Below, piece after piece: positions 1-10,294 of a stretch of 64,000 nt of DNA. The translations under genes were made by a program, and so were the position numbers. Location: positions 59,874 to 123,873 of the IMG/VR virus record IMGVR_UViG_3300032080_000001. One strand, written 5' to 3'. Position 1 is the first letter of the stretch. Each line of letters opens with the position of its first letter. Below the pieces are notes generated by a model. That model ran no database searches. It was not told the DNA's origin and saw only the letters and a program-made list of their open reading frames with translations. This DNA comes from a virus.

Positions 1-489
1 CGGCTGCACGCGGACGCCGAGCTTCCGGCGCGCGGCACCCCGCACGCCGCCGGGTACGACCTCAAGGCGTACCTACTCGGCTCGCCGGTGCAGATGACGC
101 AGGGTCCCGAGCTGTTCACGCGGCATGCGGACACGGAGGCGGAGACGCCGTTCATCGCGCTGATGCCGGGGCAGCGTGCTGTCATCCCCACCGGTCTGCG
201 CGTAGCGCTGCCCGAGAGCGTGGTGATGGACGTGCGCCCGCGCAGCGGCACGAGCCTGCGGAAGGGGCTGGAAATCGTGAACGCCCCCGGCACGATTGAC
301 GAGGACTACCGGGGCGAGGTGGGCATCATCGTGAAGAACGCAACCTCCGCGATGCTGTTTATCGAGCACGGCGAGCGCATCGCCCAGGTGGTCTTCCTCC
401 GGGTCGAACACCCGTTCTTCGAGGACGCCGACGCGCTGGACGAGACCGAGCGCGGAAACGGCGCCTTCGGCTCTACCGGAGTGAAGTGA
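1..489 (+). CDS. dut: Trimeric dUTPase (5'-truncated by the window edge)
   Basis: Frame 1 is open from base 1. Motifs AGYDL, RPRSG, GTIDEDYRGE, GERIAQ and RGNGAFGSTG are the five dUTPase motifs. Confidence 0.95.
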   Translation, partial: RLHADAELPARGTPHAAGYDLKAYLLGSPVQMTQGPELFTRHADTEAETPFIALMPGQRAVIPTGLRVALPESVVMDVRPRSGTSLRKGLEIVNAPGTIDEDYRGEVGIIVKNATSAMLFIEHGERIAQVVFLRVEHPFFEDADALDETERGNGAFGSTGVK

Positions 490-746
490 TGACCATGACG
501 ACTACGAATCTGCTGCTCCTCCTCCTCGCCGCCTACCTCTGGTTTCAGGGCGGCCTCGGCTGGGCGGCGTGGCACGAACTCAAGGGAGGGCTCAAGCTGA
601 CCCTCCTCGGCAAGTCCATCATCGTGGCGGCGAGCCCCATCTTCACGGCCATCTCCTTCGGGGCGATGGCGCTGGAGGGGTTCAATGTCAACGTCCTCCA
701 GCCCTGGCGGGACTGGCGGAACCGTAGAAAGGGCATAGGCGCGTGA
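486..746 (+). CDS. Small membrane protein
   Basis: Two hydrophobic segments; overlaps both neighbours by 4 nt. Confidence 0.6.
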   Translation: MMTMTTTNLLLLLLAAYLWFQGGLGWAAWHELKGGLKLTLLGKSIIVAASPIFTAISFGAMALEGFNVNVLQPWRDWRNRRKGIGA

Positions 747-1639
747 GCGCATTCCTCAAGGCCATCGCCAAGAACAACGCCAAGAAGCGCACCGGCTACG
801 CGGTCCCGCTCATCGAAGAGCACTTACTACTCACCGACTTGAGCGAGGACCGCCGCGACAAGATGTTCCACCCGTCTTCCCTGGCGGGTGGCTTTTGTCC
901 ACGCGAGTGGTCGCTCTATAACTATCACCCCGAGGGGTACACCATCCGCGAGGGTTCGGTAGACCCGCGCCTCGGCCGCATCTTCGGGAATGGCCACGAC
1001 GTGCACGCCCGCATCCAGTCGTACCTCGGCGCCCACCTGTGGGGGCTGTGGGTCCGCCGGGTCGATTGGGACAAGCAGAATGACCGCCCGGTGCTGGAGA
1101 CCCACAAGGGGTTCCGGCCGAGCGGCAACGGATGGACCTATGCCGAGGTGAAGCTGCGGCACGAGCCGCACCGCATCCTCGGGAGCACGGACGGGCTGCT
1201 GCACATCGACGGCGAGAAGTGGGGCCTCGAAATCAAGAGCATCAACCCGGACGGCTACCGCTGGCTCCAGGACAAGCCGAGGGTGGTTCATACGAATCAG
1301 GTGCTCATTTACGAGCACGCGCTGGAGTGGGAGCGCACGGCCTCCGGCAAGAAGCACCGGGACGCATTCGACGCATTGCCCCTACGCGGCTTTATCGTCC
1401 TGTATGAGAACAAGGGCACGCAGGAGTTGAAGGAGTACGTCGTGCCCTTCGACGCGCAGCAGGTCGAGGCGTTCATGCAGAGCCGCTTGCTGCTGATGGA
1501 TGAGGCACTGGAGTTCGAGCGGTCCGGGGAGCACCCGGCGTGCACGTGCGACGTGGGGAAGGAGTCGCCGCTGTGCAAGGCGTTCCCCGACCCGAACCGC
1601 TTCGCCAACTTGTTCAACAAGCTCGTCGCCTCGCCTTGA
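743..1639 (+). CDS. Cas4-like PD-(D/E)xK exonuclease
   Basis: HPSS...CPR, GHDVH, GSTDG, LEIKS, HTNQVLIY and C-terminal cysteines. Confidence 0.8.
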   Translation: MSAFLKAIAKNNAKKRTGYAVPLIEEHLLLTDLSEDRRDKMFHPSSLAGGFCPREWSLYNYHPEGYTIREGSVDPRLGRIFGNGHDVHARIQSYLGAHLWGLWVRRVDWDKQNDRPVLETHKGFRPSGNGWTYAEVKLRHEPHRILGSTDGLLHIDGEKWGLEIKSINPDGYRWLQDKPRVVHTNQVLIYEHALEWERTASGKKHRDAFDALPLRGFIVLYENKGTQELKEYVVPFDAQQVEAFMQSRLLLMDEALEFERSGEHPACTCDVGKESPLCKAFPDPNRFANLFNKLVASP

Positions 1640-1715
1640 CAAAACGGCGTGACCCTATTATCTTGGGTGACGCTTCTTCTTAAAGCCACGCTAACGGTAC
1701 ACTGACGGTACGCTG

Positions 1716-2153
1716 ATGATTCGAGTCTACCTGGCGGGCGGTCTCAAGACGGACTGGCAGCAGAACGTCATCGACGCTTTCGCGGATGACCGCGAGGTCG
1801 AGTTCCTGGACCCACGAGAAGTGAGTCCGGACGGGGGAGGGATGCTGTTCCTCGCCGCGCAGGTAGAGCGGGAGTGGCTCGACCGCGCGGACATCGTATT
1901 TGGTTACGTCGAGGTGGCGAATACGGTCCCCATCGGACTTGCCGCCGAGTTTGGGTACATCGCCGGAAAGCGGCGCGCGATGACCGGCTCTGCGCCCACG
2001 CTCATCCTGGTGAACCAGCTTGAGACGAGGGGCATGGAGTGGGTTGCCTTCTTCGTGCAGCCCGACCAGTACACTACGTCGCTCGGCCGAGGGCTGGACT
2101 TGCTGCGGCACGCTGTCGAGGCGCACCGGCCCCATCAGCGAAAGGCGGCGTGA
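1716..2153 (+). CDS. Nucleoside 2-deoxyribosyltransferase-like (NDT/RCL) protein
   Basis: VYLAGG...W, DPR, EREWLDRADIV, GLAAEFG. Confidence 0.75.
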   Translation: MIRVYLAGGLKTDWQQNVIDAFADDREVEFLDPREVSPDGGGMLFLAAQVEREWLDRADIVFGYVEVANTVPIGLAAEFGYIAGKRRAMTGSAPTLILVNQLETRGMEWVAFFVQPDQYTTSLGRGLDLLRHAVEAHRPHQRKAA

Positions 2154-2154
2154 T

Positions 2155-2730
2155 ATGGCGCGCCTCCTGGTGTCTGGAAGTCGCCACATCGTCAACCCCG
2201 AGGCGGTGTCAACCATCCTCGACACGGTTGTCGAGCTGATGGGATTCCCCCTCGATACGGTGGGCTATTTCGACACACTGTGGGGGGTGTCCCTCGCGGC
2301 AGGTGAGTGGGTACAGGCAAGGGGCCACCCCGAGAGGGTGTTCTACTCCGTTACTGAGGCCGTGAAATGGGTAGCGGCGGACCCGGAGAGTGCTCTGGTC
2401 TACATCTACGACGACCCGAGTGACACGGGGGTGATGGACGAAGCGCGGCGTAGAGGCGTGGCGGTACTGGAATACTTCGTAGACCGGGAAGCCACTAGCC
2501 CGCCAGAGGCGGCTCCGGACCCGAACGTCGAGGCGGCCCTCGTTCGGGAGATACAGGCGCACCTCGACGCGGAGATACTGCGCGAACAGGACTACTGGGC
2601 AGCTACGAAGAAAACTGCTGCGGTAGATACGCTCTTCGAGCAGGCGTTCGCCAAGTGGGGCGCAGTCCGTCCCGAGGATGCCTTCAACCGGTTCGCTAAG
2701 AACCCACTTGACGGGTGGGAGTTCAAATGA
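2155..2730 (+). CDS. SLOG/DUF2493-like N-terminal domain protein (divergent)
   Basis: Starts MARLLVSGSRH, like YspA/SLOG and like 27175; ATG follows the upstream stop. Confidence 0.5.
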   Translation: MARLLVSGSRHIVNPEAVSTILDTVVELMGFPLDTVGYFDTLWGVSLAAGEWVQARGHPERVFYSVTEAVKWVAADPESALVYIYDDPSDTGVMDEARRRGVAVLEYFVDREATSPPEAAPDPNVEAALVREIQAHLDAEILREQDYWAATKKTAAVDTLFEQAFAKWGAVRPEDAFNRFAKNPLDGWEFK

Positions 2731-3344
2731 CGCTGAACGACAACTGGCTCGGCTTCGGGCGATGGAACGAGGAGTTTGCTGCCACCGCCGCGCAGGTGGA
2801 CACGGCGGGGCTGTACGGGCCCCTGCGGGGCGTCACGGAAATCGAGTTCGGCCGCCTGCGGCGTGCTCTGCGCTGTACGGTGACGCCCTTCGACGGCGGT
2901 TACCACGTCTACGACCCGAAGGGTCGGGAAGGGGTACCCGAGGACGCGCTTCCGGGGGAGTTCGTGAACCTGGACGACGGCGCCGCCACCACGCGCTGTT
3001 ACTGCGAGGACTTCCTCCTGCCGGGTGGCGCGCGTGGTGAGGGCGACGAGGCCCGGTCCGGCGAGGAGAGCGGCCGACCGTGTAAACACATCCTAGCAGC
3101 GTGCCTTGCTCACCCCGAGCATCGCAAGCAGCTGGAGCCCTTCGTACGAACGATGGAGCACCAGGACCGCGTCGCGGCAGCGGCTAAGAAGACCGTCACC
3201 GGCGAGGAGGCCGAGGCGGTGGCCCTGGCCGAGGAGGAAGGTGTGGGCCGCCTGCATGCACAGGTGGCTCTTACGGAAGCGAAGGGCGACGTGGACGCGG
3301 CGCGTAACCTCCTCCGTCAACGGGCGAAATGGATGCTACGATGA
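2727..3344 (+). CDS. SWIM Zn-finger protein with C-terminal EF-Ts-like UBA domain
   Basis: CYCEDF...CKHILA (SWIM); ALTEAKGDVDAARNLLRQR resembles the EF-Ts N-domain. Confidence 0.65.
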   Translation: MTLNDNWLGFGRWNEEFAATAAQVDTAGLYGPLRGVTEIEFGRLRRALRCTVTPFDGGYHVYDPKGREGVPEDALPGEFVNLDDGAATTRCYCEDFLLPGGARGEGDEARSGEESGRPCKHILAACLAHPEHRKQLEPFVRTMEHQDRVAAAAKKTVTGEEAEAVALAEEEGVGRLHAQVALTEAKGDVDAARNLLRQRAKWMLR

Positions 3345-3550
3345 ACAAAGAGCGACCGACTCTCACTGGGGCCCTGCTGTACAGTGTGGAGGCAGTGCCC
3401 GGCATGACCGCGAGCCAGTGGGCCTCGCGTCTGGACGAAGACCCCGCCACCGTCTCCAGCCTTCTCCTTCGGCTGTACCGACGAGGGGCGGTGGAACGAC
3501 GCTGTTGCGGACCGCGCGGCGGCTTCACCTACCATCCGGGTGCGGAGTGA
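3341..3550 (+). CDS. Small winged-HTH protein
   Basis: PGMTASQWASRLDEDPATVSSLLLRLYRRGAVER. Confidence 0.6.
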   Translation: MNKERPTLTGALLYSVEAVPGMTASQWASRLDEDPATVSSLLLRLYRRGAVERRCCGPRGGFTYHPGAE

Positions 3551-3558
3551 GAAAAGTG

Positions 3559-3828
3559 ATGACTGAGTACTTCCTCGCTGCGTACGAGGGCATTCGTGCG
3601 CTGCGGAGTGGCTGGAAGCTGCGGGACTTGCGCGGCACGCTGCGCGGCCCGATTCGAGATTTCAAAGGCAACGTGCTGTCGTGGTGCCACTTCTGTAACC
3701 AGGGCATATACGAGGGCGAGGGCATCTATGCCCCGCCAGAGAAGCTGGGGTGGGACGGCCCGTACGTGGCGGTCGAAGTCTGCCCTCGCTGCCTGCGGGG
3801 GCCCACCGACGACAACGAGAACACATGA
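3559..3828 (+). CDS. Hypothetical Zn-binding protein
   Basis: CHFC...CPRC; coupled to the next gene. Confidence 0.5.
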   Translation: MTEYFLAAYEGIRALRSGWKLRDLRGTLRGPIRDFKGNVLSWCHFCNQGIYEGEGIYAPPEKLGWDGPYVAVEVCPRCLRGPTDDNENT

Positions 3829-4427
3829 ACGAAATCGAGCGTAAGTACTTGGCGTCCTACCAGCTCGCGTTTTTCAACGGCGAGATGGAGAAGGACCTGA
3901 CCGTGAAGCAGGGGTACATTGTGGCCCTGTCGTTCATGGAGTGGCGCCTCCGCGCGACAGACTACCACATCCCCGCCAAGGGGCTGCGGTTCCACACGGC
4001 GTTCAAGTTCGGCAACGGCTTCGTGCGCAAGGAGTACGAGTGGGAGATTCCGGGATGGGCCTGGAAGACGCTCTCGGTGCTCGTGTCGAACTGGCTGTCG
4101 AAGACGCGGTACTCGCGCGGTGGCTGGGATGTGGACATCTTCCACGGACCCCTGGCGGGGCTCATCCTCGCGGAGGCCGAGGTGGCGACCGCCGACGCGG
4201 AGTTCCCGCCGGTACCGGTAGGGCTGAACCTGCTGCGCGAGGTGACGGAAGAGCGTACCTTCGCCAACAAGAATCTGTCACGGCTCGACAAGACCAAGGC
4301 GCGGGCTCTCGTGTCGGGGGTGAAGTCGATGCGGCTGATGGAGGCGTTCACCTCCGGGCGGGGTTTCAGCAAGACCGCCCTGGTGTACAAGGTCGCGACG
4401 GGGGAGGACCTGGTCGAAGTCGCCTAG
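3825..4427 (+). CDS. CYTH-domain (triphosphate tunnel) protein
   Basis: EIERKYL, QGYI, RLR, EYEWEI, KTRY, WDVDIF, LILAEAE. Confidence 0.85.
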   Translation: MNEIERKYLASYQLAFFNGEMEKDLTVKQGYIVALSFMEWRLRATDYHIPAKGLRFHTAFKFGNGFVRKEYEWEIPGWAWKTLSVLVSNWLSKTRYSRGGWDVDIFHGPLAGLILAEAEVATADAEFPPVPVGLNLLREVTEERTFANKNLSRLDKTKARALVSGVKSMRLMEAFTSGRGFSKTALVYKVATGEDLVEVA

Positions 4428-4497
4428 CGGTGTACTTGCGCGTACCGGTACTGTACTGTTAGATTACCGGAACAACAGCGCACACCCGAAGGCAGTA

Positions 4498-4881
4498 ATG
4501 GCGACAAACTACGTGCGGGGGCGGGCCAAGGAGTACGAGGTCAAGTCCACGCTTGAGGCGATGGGCTACACGTGCACCCGGTCCGCCTCCTCGCAGGGGC
4601 TTTGGGACGTGTCGTGTGTCCGTGCAGACGGCACGCGGCTCGTCCAGTCGAAGCTGACCAGCACCGGTGATTTCTCGGAGGACGCGAACTGCGCCCTGCT
4701 CCGCGACCTGCCCGTAGCGCACAACACCACTAAGGAGTTGTGGCTCTATGTGAAGGGTCAAGGGCTGGTCGAGATTCGCGACCTCCGCGAGCCGAAGCCT
4801 GACGCACGAACGCCGGAAGGAAAGGCGCAGCGGGAGAGAGCACGCGAGCGGGCCATCCAGGTCCGCCGTATTATCAAGTAG
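4498..4881 (+). CDS. Hjc-type Holliday junction resolvase
   Basis: RGRAKEYEV..LEAMGY..RSASS...D...LVQSK. Confidence 0.75.
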   Translation: MATNYVRGRAKEYEVKSTLEAMGYTCTRSASSQGLWDVSCVRADGTRLVQSKLTSTGDFSEDANCALLRDLPVAHNTTKELWLYVKGQGLVEIRDLREPKPDARTPEGKAQRERARERAIQVRRIIK

Positions 4882-4900
4882 CCGTTCAACGACCGGACCA

Positions 4901-5218
4901 ATGTACCAGACCTCCGACAACCTGGCGCGCTACGGCGCGACGGTGGCCGAGACGCCGCTCAAGGTGGGTCGCGACACCAACCCCGGCTCGCTCGCCAAGA
5001 GCATCGTGATGACACTCCAGGAGCGTTCCAGCGGCACTCTGCGCGTGCGGGCGATGGGCCCCGAGCCCGTGAACCAGATGGTGAAGGGACTCATCATCGC
5101 GCAGTCGCAGCTCGCGGCCCAGGCGAAGGGCATGAGCTACGTGTTCGGGTTCGACACGAAGCGCGAGGGGACCGAAGACATCACGGTCATCCAGGCCGTC
5201 GTGACCCTGCACGTGTGA
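4901..5218 (+). CDS. spoVS: SpoVS-like protein
   Basis: LKVGRDTNPGSLAKSI...AMGPEPVNQMVKGLIIA parallels SpoVS (LKVS..SNPNSVAGA...AIGAGALNQAVKAVAIA). Confidence 0.75.
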   Translation: MYQTSDNLARYGATVAETPLKVGRDTNPGSLAKSIVMTLQERSSGTLRVRAMGPEPVNQMVKGLIIAQSQLAAQAKGMSYVFGFDTKREGTEDITVIQAVVTLHV

Positions 5219-5389
5219 TGGGCAACGACATCATCTACTTCGGGGAAGACCCCGGCGAGGACGGGGTTCGCATCACGGTGCCGGTACCCGGTACGCTGCC
5301 TGCCCCCGACGCGGACTGACCTGCACAAATACCGGTAGACGCTACGCTCTCTCCGACGCCCTTGGGACTCCGGTTCCAGGGGCGTTCGT

Positions 5390-6274
5390 ATGAACCACCA
5401 AACTCCCAGTACCATGAGCACCGACAAGTACGGCTTCCGCGAGAGCGCCTCCGGCGTCTGGATTCCCACGGGGTCCCTCATGTTCCCCATCGAGCGGCTC
5501 ATCACTGCCTCGTGGAATCCGAACGAACAGAGCGACAAGGTCTTCAAGGGCCTCGTGCAGAGCATCCAAGACGACGGCTTCCTGGAGCCCGTGCAGGTCG
5601 CGCCTATCACCGCCGCGATGCGGGCCACCTACCTGAACGAGAGCCACGACAACGGAGAGTACTGGCTCATCGTCGGCGGCGCACACCGCAAGGACGCGGC
5701 GGTGATGCTCGGCATGGCCGAGGTGCCCGTCATCGTGAAGGTGGACTGGGACGAGGACATGGTGAAGCTGCGTAACATGCGGCTCAACATGCTCAAGGGT
5801 CGCATCCGCCCTGAGAAGTTCGTGAAGCTCTTCGAGGAGATGAAGGGCAAGGGCTATCAGGAGGAGGCTCTCAAGGCGCAGATGGGGCTGGTGGAGGAGA
5901 AGGCGTTCAAGCACCTCATCAAGGGCGTGAAGGAGAACCTGCCGAAGTCGTTGGCCGACCAGGTGGACGACGAGGAGGTGAAGAACACCGACGACCTCGC
6001 CCGCGTGCTGAACGAGCTGTTCTCCAAGCACGGGGACACCCTCCCCTTCGGCTACATGGTCTTCGATTTTTCGGGTAAGACCAACTACTGGATTCCGATG
6101 ACCAGGGAGACGAAGACGGCGATGGACCTTGCGTCCTCACAATGCTTCGTAGAGAAACTGGATTTCAACAGCGTTCTTACGAAGCTTCTCCAGGACAAGA
6201 GCGCCGTGCAGAAGGCGTTCGATGCAGCGAAGGCCGAAGCCGACGTAGAAATGGATGCAGTCTTCGGTGACTGA
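5390..6274 (+). CDS. ParB/Srx N-terminal domain protein
   Basis: WNPN, LVQSIQDDGFLEPVQV, IVGGAHR.DAA..LG...VPV. Confidence 0.85.
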   Translation: MNHQTPSTMSTDKYGFRESASGVWIPTGSLMFPIERLITASWNPNEQSDKVFKGLVQSIQDDGFLEPVQVAPITAAMRATYLNESHDNGEYWLIVGGAHRKDAAVMLGMAEVPVIVKVDWDEDMVKLRNMRLNMLKGRIRPEKFVKLFEEMKGKGYQEEALKAQMGLVEEKAFKHLIKGVKENLPKSLADQVDDEEVKNTDDLARVLNELFSKHGDTLPFGYMVFDFSGKTNYWIPMTRETKTAMDLASSQCFVEKLDFNSVLTKLLQDKSAVQKAFDAAKAEADVEMDAVFGD

Positions 6275-6746
6275 GAAAACCTGTGCGCGGTGCGGGGTGT
6301 CGAAGTCAACGGGCGAGTTCCACCAGGCGAAGTGGTCCGTAGACGGCCACCGGCCTGAGTGCAAGGAGTGCCGCCGCGAGGAAGGGAAGCGCAGGTATGC
6401 GGAGAAGCGAGAGCACATCCTGACGAAGGCGGCCGAGTGGCGCGCAGCGAACCCTGAACGGGTGCGTACGCATGCTCGTAGGAAGAACCAGCACCTCCGT
6501 ACGTCCGTCATAGAGGGCTATGGGGGTGCGTGTGCTTGTTGCGGCGAGGACGAGCCGAAATTTCTGTCTATCGACCACATCTGTGGAGGCGGTACTCAGG
6601 AGAGGAAAACAGTACCGAGTACAACGCTTTACCGGCGGCTCATTAAGGAGGGTTTCCCGAGGGACCGGTACCAGCTCCTCTGCCACAACTGCAACATGGC
6701 GAAGGGCTTCTACGGTGCCTGCCCGCACCAGTTGAAGGCTGCGTGA
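6267..6746 (+). CDS. HNH endonuclease
   Basis: CARC/CKEC Zn finger, CACCGE, LSIDHI, LCHNCN. Confidence 0.85.
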   Translation: MTEKTCARCGVSKSTGEFHQAKWSVDGHRPECKECRREEGKRRYAEKREHILTKAAEWRAANPERVRTHARRKNQHLRTSVIEGYGGACACCGEDEPKFLSIDHICGGGTQERKTVPSTTLYRRLIKEGFPRDRYQLLCHNCNMAKGFYGACPHQLKAA

Positions 6747-6756
6747 TTCGTACGAA

Positions 6757-6784
6757 AGGCGCTCGCTTCGGCGGGCGCCTTCTT
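6757..6784 (+). terminator. Stem-loop terminator preceding a promoter
   Basis: AGGCGCTCGC-TTCG-GCGGGCGCCT followed by TCTT. Confidence 0.7.
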
Positions 6785-6862
6785 CATACCCCTTGACAAA
6801 ACTCTCTGACCTGATTATACTACGCACAAGCAGAAGATGACCGACAACGAAAGGGAACTACG

Positions 6863-9800
6863 ATGGTTCTCGGAGTGCAAGAGCTGCGCGACTTGGGCGT
6901 GGACCTGACCTACGTCTCGGTCTTCACGCTTCCCAGCGTGATTTCCCCGCTCGGGTCGCCGGTTGCCGCGACCGTCGTTAGCCTGCCGAATAACGCGCAC
7001 GACGCGCGGGATTTCGCGCAGCGCTATTTCGATTCGCGACGCGGCCGTGTGGGTGTGCTGGACCGCGCTACGGAGGACGACCCTGACCACGCGTACATGC
7101 GCGTCTTCGAGTGGGCGGTGGCCTCGTGACGCGAGACAAGCTCATCGAGCAGGCACTTACCGGCGCGGTCGTGAACACAGACGACGGACTGGCGCTAAGC
7201 CTAGACGCGGAAGAGGGTCTGTGGGTTGGCCGGGCTCAGGAAGAGCAAGTGAGCGTCGGGCTGGAGAACACGCGGCTGTTGGCGGATACCCTCGTGCGAG
7301 CCGGTTACGCCTCACCTACCGAAGACCTGGACAAGGCGCTACAGGCCGCTGCCGACCTCGCGGGTTTTATCGACCACTCTCCTCCGTGGGAGCGGGCGCG
7401 AGAAGTACTCTGCTCCTTGGCGAAGAAGCACGGGGTGGCCATCGACTACCCCTGCACCTGACGGCGGCACGAAGTTCGCGGCGCGCCCTCCCCCGGTCGC
7501 GGCGACGGTGAACCGGAAGCGAAAGGCAAGACGATGAGCACGACGGTATGGGATTGCCCGTTGACGCTCGAACCCGCGCAGGAAGTCGAACTTCCCGAGG
7601 GTGCCACTCCCCTGACCGTGCTGGCGCACAACAGCGGGGTGAGCGAGCGACCCGTCTGCCTCTTCGCCCTAGCGGACCCTGGCCGCCCGATACAGCGGCG
7701 CCGCGTGGTCATCTTCGACGGCGGCCAGTCCCGTGTAAACGTGCGGCCGGAGGATTACGTCGGCACCGTCGTGCTCGGGGCAGAGCACCAGTACGTCGCG
7801 CACGTCTTCCTGCCTCCCGCAGGCGTGGGGAGGGACTGATGTTCGTGGTGACGAAGGAGGAGCTGCGAGAGTTCTACGGCTACGCCGCGTGGTGCCTCGG
7901 GCGCACCAGCGTGTTCTCTCCTCACGCGTTGGACGAGTGGAATTGTCTCGATGCCGAGGTGAAGGAAGAGTGGCGCTTGCGCGGGGAAGACCGCGCGTGG
8001 TGGACCAGCCAGCGAAAGGCACACTGATGCATACTGCGGTGGAACTGCCGACGACTGAGCCGCAAATCGTGTGGCTGTGTCGTGTCGAACACGCCTATGA
8101 CCCTTCTTCTATCGAAGGCATAGTCGCGAACGGGGAAGTGGCGCGGACCTGGCTAGAGGGGCAGCGCTCGTCGGACGAAGACTCGTGGCTGCGATACAGC
8201 TTGAACGTGGGTGACATACACGAGTACGCCAGCGGAGGTTTCTACTATATCCGGCCTGATGGCGGAACTGTTAGCGCTGTGCCCCTCCGCGTTGCGGTCA
8301 CGACCTGTGACATGGAGAGTGTGTAGAGATGGCGACGAGCAAAGACTACGAGCGGATGGAGACGCTCAAGGCGTATACCCGCACCCACGGGCTCGCGGCA
8401 GGTATCGACAAGGCCGTGCGTGACGCGGAGAAAATCGAGCACCTGACCAAGTGCGAGTCCCGCGCGCGCATTCTGCGGCAGGGCGGGTACGGCACGCTCG
8501 CCGTGGCGTTCGAGAACCGCGCGCTCTTCCTCAAGGCGAACGGGGTGCTGGTATGATGCATCCCGCCGATTGTCCCTGGTGCGAAGGAGAGGGTCTCCCT
8601 CGTCCGAACAACGCCGCGTGGATTTGCCCGGTATGCGGTGCCTACTACCCTGCGGTGATAGCATGAGCCACTACAGCCAAGGGACCCACGCGGACAGCAC
8701 CACGCACCGCATCATCTACCTCGACGGGCGGCCGGTGGCGATGGCGTACAACGCCGGTGACGACCGCGAAGTAGTGGAGGCCATGCTCCAGGAGCCGGTC
8801 TCCCTCGGGCTGCTGTTGCGTACCTTATGGTCCGCTGAGCGCTCGTTGGCTGAGGCGGTGATTGATGAGCGGGTGCCGTCCTATCTCCAAGACGCCGTGC
8901 GTGAGGTGCTGGGGGAGGCCCCGTGACCAACGACGCGACCCTGGAGCGTATTGCGGTGCTTGCTCGGGAGGCGCAGGAGAGCAACGACAGCTCCAATGCG
9001 TTCGACGCGCTACGCGACATCCTGGAGGTAATTGAGAGCCGACCGCAACCGGCGGTGAGAGATGCGGCTCCGCTGGCTCGCATTCGGGAGCGCTTGCAAC
9101 ACGTAGAAGGTCTATTGGCTGTGGACCGCCCGCTATATACGGCCTCCATGTTCATGGCGCGTGAGTGCGGCGACCCCACCGCCGACAAGCATCGCGCAGG
9201 CGCCTACCTGACGCTCAAGTCGATTCAGCGCAGACTGGAGGCGTACGAAGAGAATGTCGAGGCAGCAGTAAGTCTGTTTGCCGAAGCTGCTTCGGGCTTC
9301 GTGTTTGACTCCTCCTGGATTCAGCCTGTAAGGAGAACCGAACAGGAGCGGCGCTTGGCGTTCAACGAAGGAAAGCTTTTGCTGTTGGGCGACGCAACGA
9401 GTACCGCCGAACAGGCGGAGCCGACGCGGGCGCTCGGCCTCATACGAAAGGATGACAAGGCATGAAGCTTTACAAGCTGCGACACAAGCCCACAGGCTTG
9501 TATTACAAGCCCTCGAAGCACCGCAGCAAGAGCAACCTATCGGCGCAGGGAAAGGTGTACCATACACGCCCCTCGTTCGGGTGGCTCTCAGGACTCTACC
9601 GGCCAATGACAGACGCGGAACGGGCAGCGGCCGACGCACGGCCTTGGGGGCAGAAACTCCCCCTGGATTTCGACAAAGTGGTGCAGTTCAAATTCATCGA
9701 GGACGAGTGGGAAATTGTGGAATTGGAGGTCGCGTGACAGCACGGGAAGAGCACCTCCGGGTCAGGGAAGAGCTGCGTGAAGCACGCAATCGCGCAGGCG

Positions 9801-10176
9801 ACGAATTCCGCACCTGGAGCCAGTGTTCCGCGTGTGTGAACGGCAAGACTTACTGCCCCAGGCATCGGGAGACACTCGCTCGCCTGCAAGGGGCCCAGGC
9901 CGCTCTGCGGCTGCACATTCGGCGGTCCCTCGGAGCGCGGCCGTGAACTTGCGCAACATGTGCGGGCTCTTCTGGCACCACCGGTACGGAGAGCCCGTGC
10001 CCGGAAACCTATACGAGAAGGACGGCAAGCCGCTGTTCGACTACGTGCGTCGTTGCAAGTGCGGAGCCGAGAAGATAGAGGTGTCCGAAGTCGAGGGAAA
10101 GCACCACCCCAACATGGTGTTTCAGTACGGTGACGTGTACGCTACCACTAGTGGATGGCCCCTTAACAAACGTTGA
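6863..10176 (+). other. Run of small coupled hypothetical CDS (6863-7129, 7126-7461, 7534-7839, 7839-8027, 8027-8326, 8329-8556, 8663-8926, 8923-9465, 9462-9737, 9734-9946, 9943-10176)
   Basis: Overlapping stop/start codons (ATGA, TGATG) downstream of promoter 6793; no recognisable catalytic motifs. Confidence 0.6.
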
Positions 10177-10294
10177 TGACCCCTTTCCTGTGGCTTCGGC
10201 TACCGGTACATTACGGGCAGGTTAACGGCCCCGCAACTCACCCCTGCGGGGCCGTCGTGTCCGGCCACACCTAGTTCTGGAAGACCCACGCAAG

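Noticed and set aside
743-1639. CRISPR-Cas locus
   Set aside because: Solo Cas4-like nuclease; no cas1/cas2 and no regularly spaced repeat-spacer array in the window.
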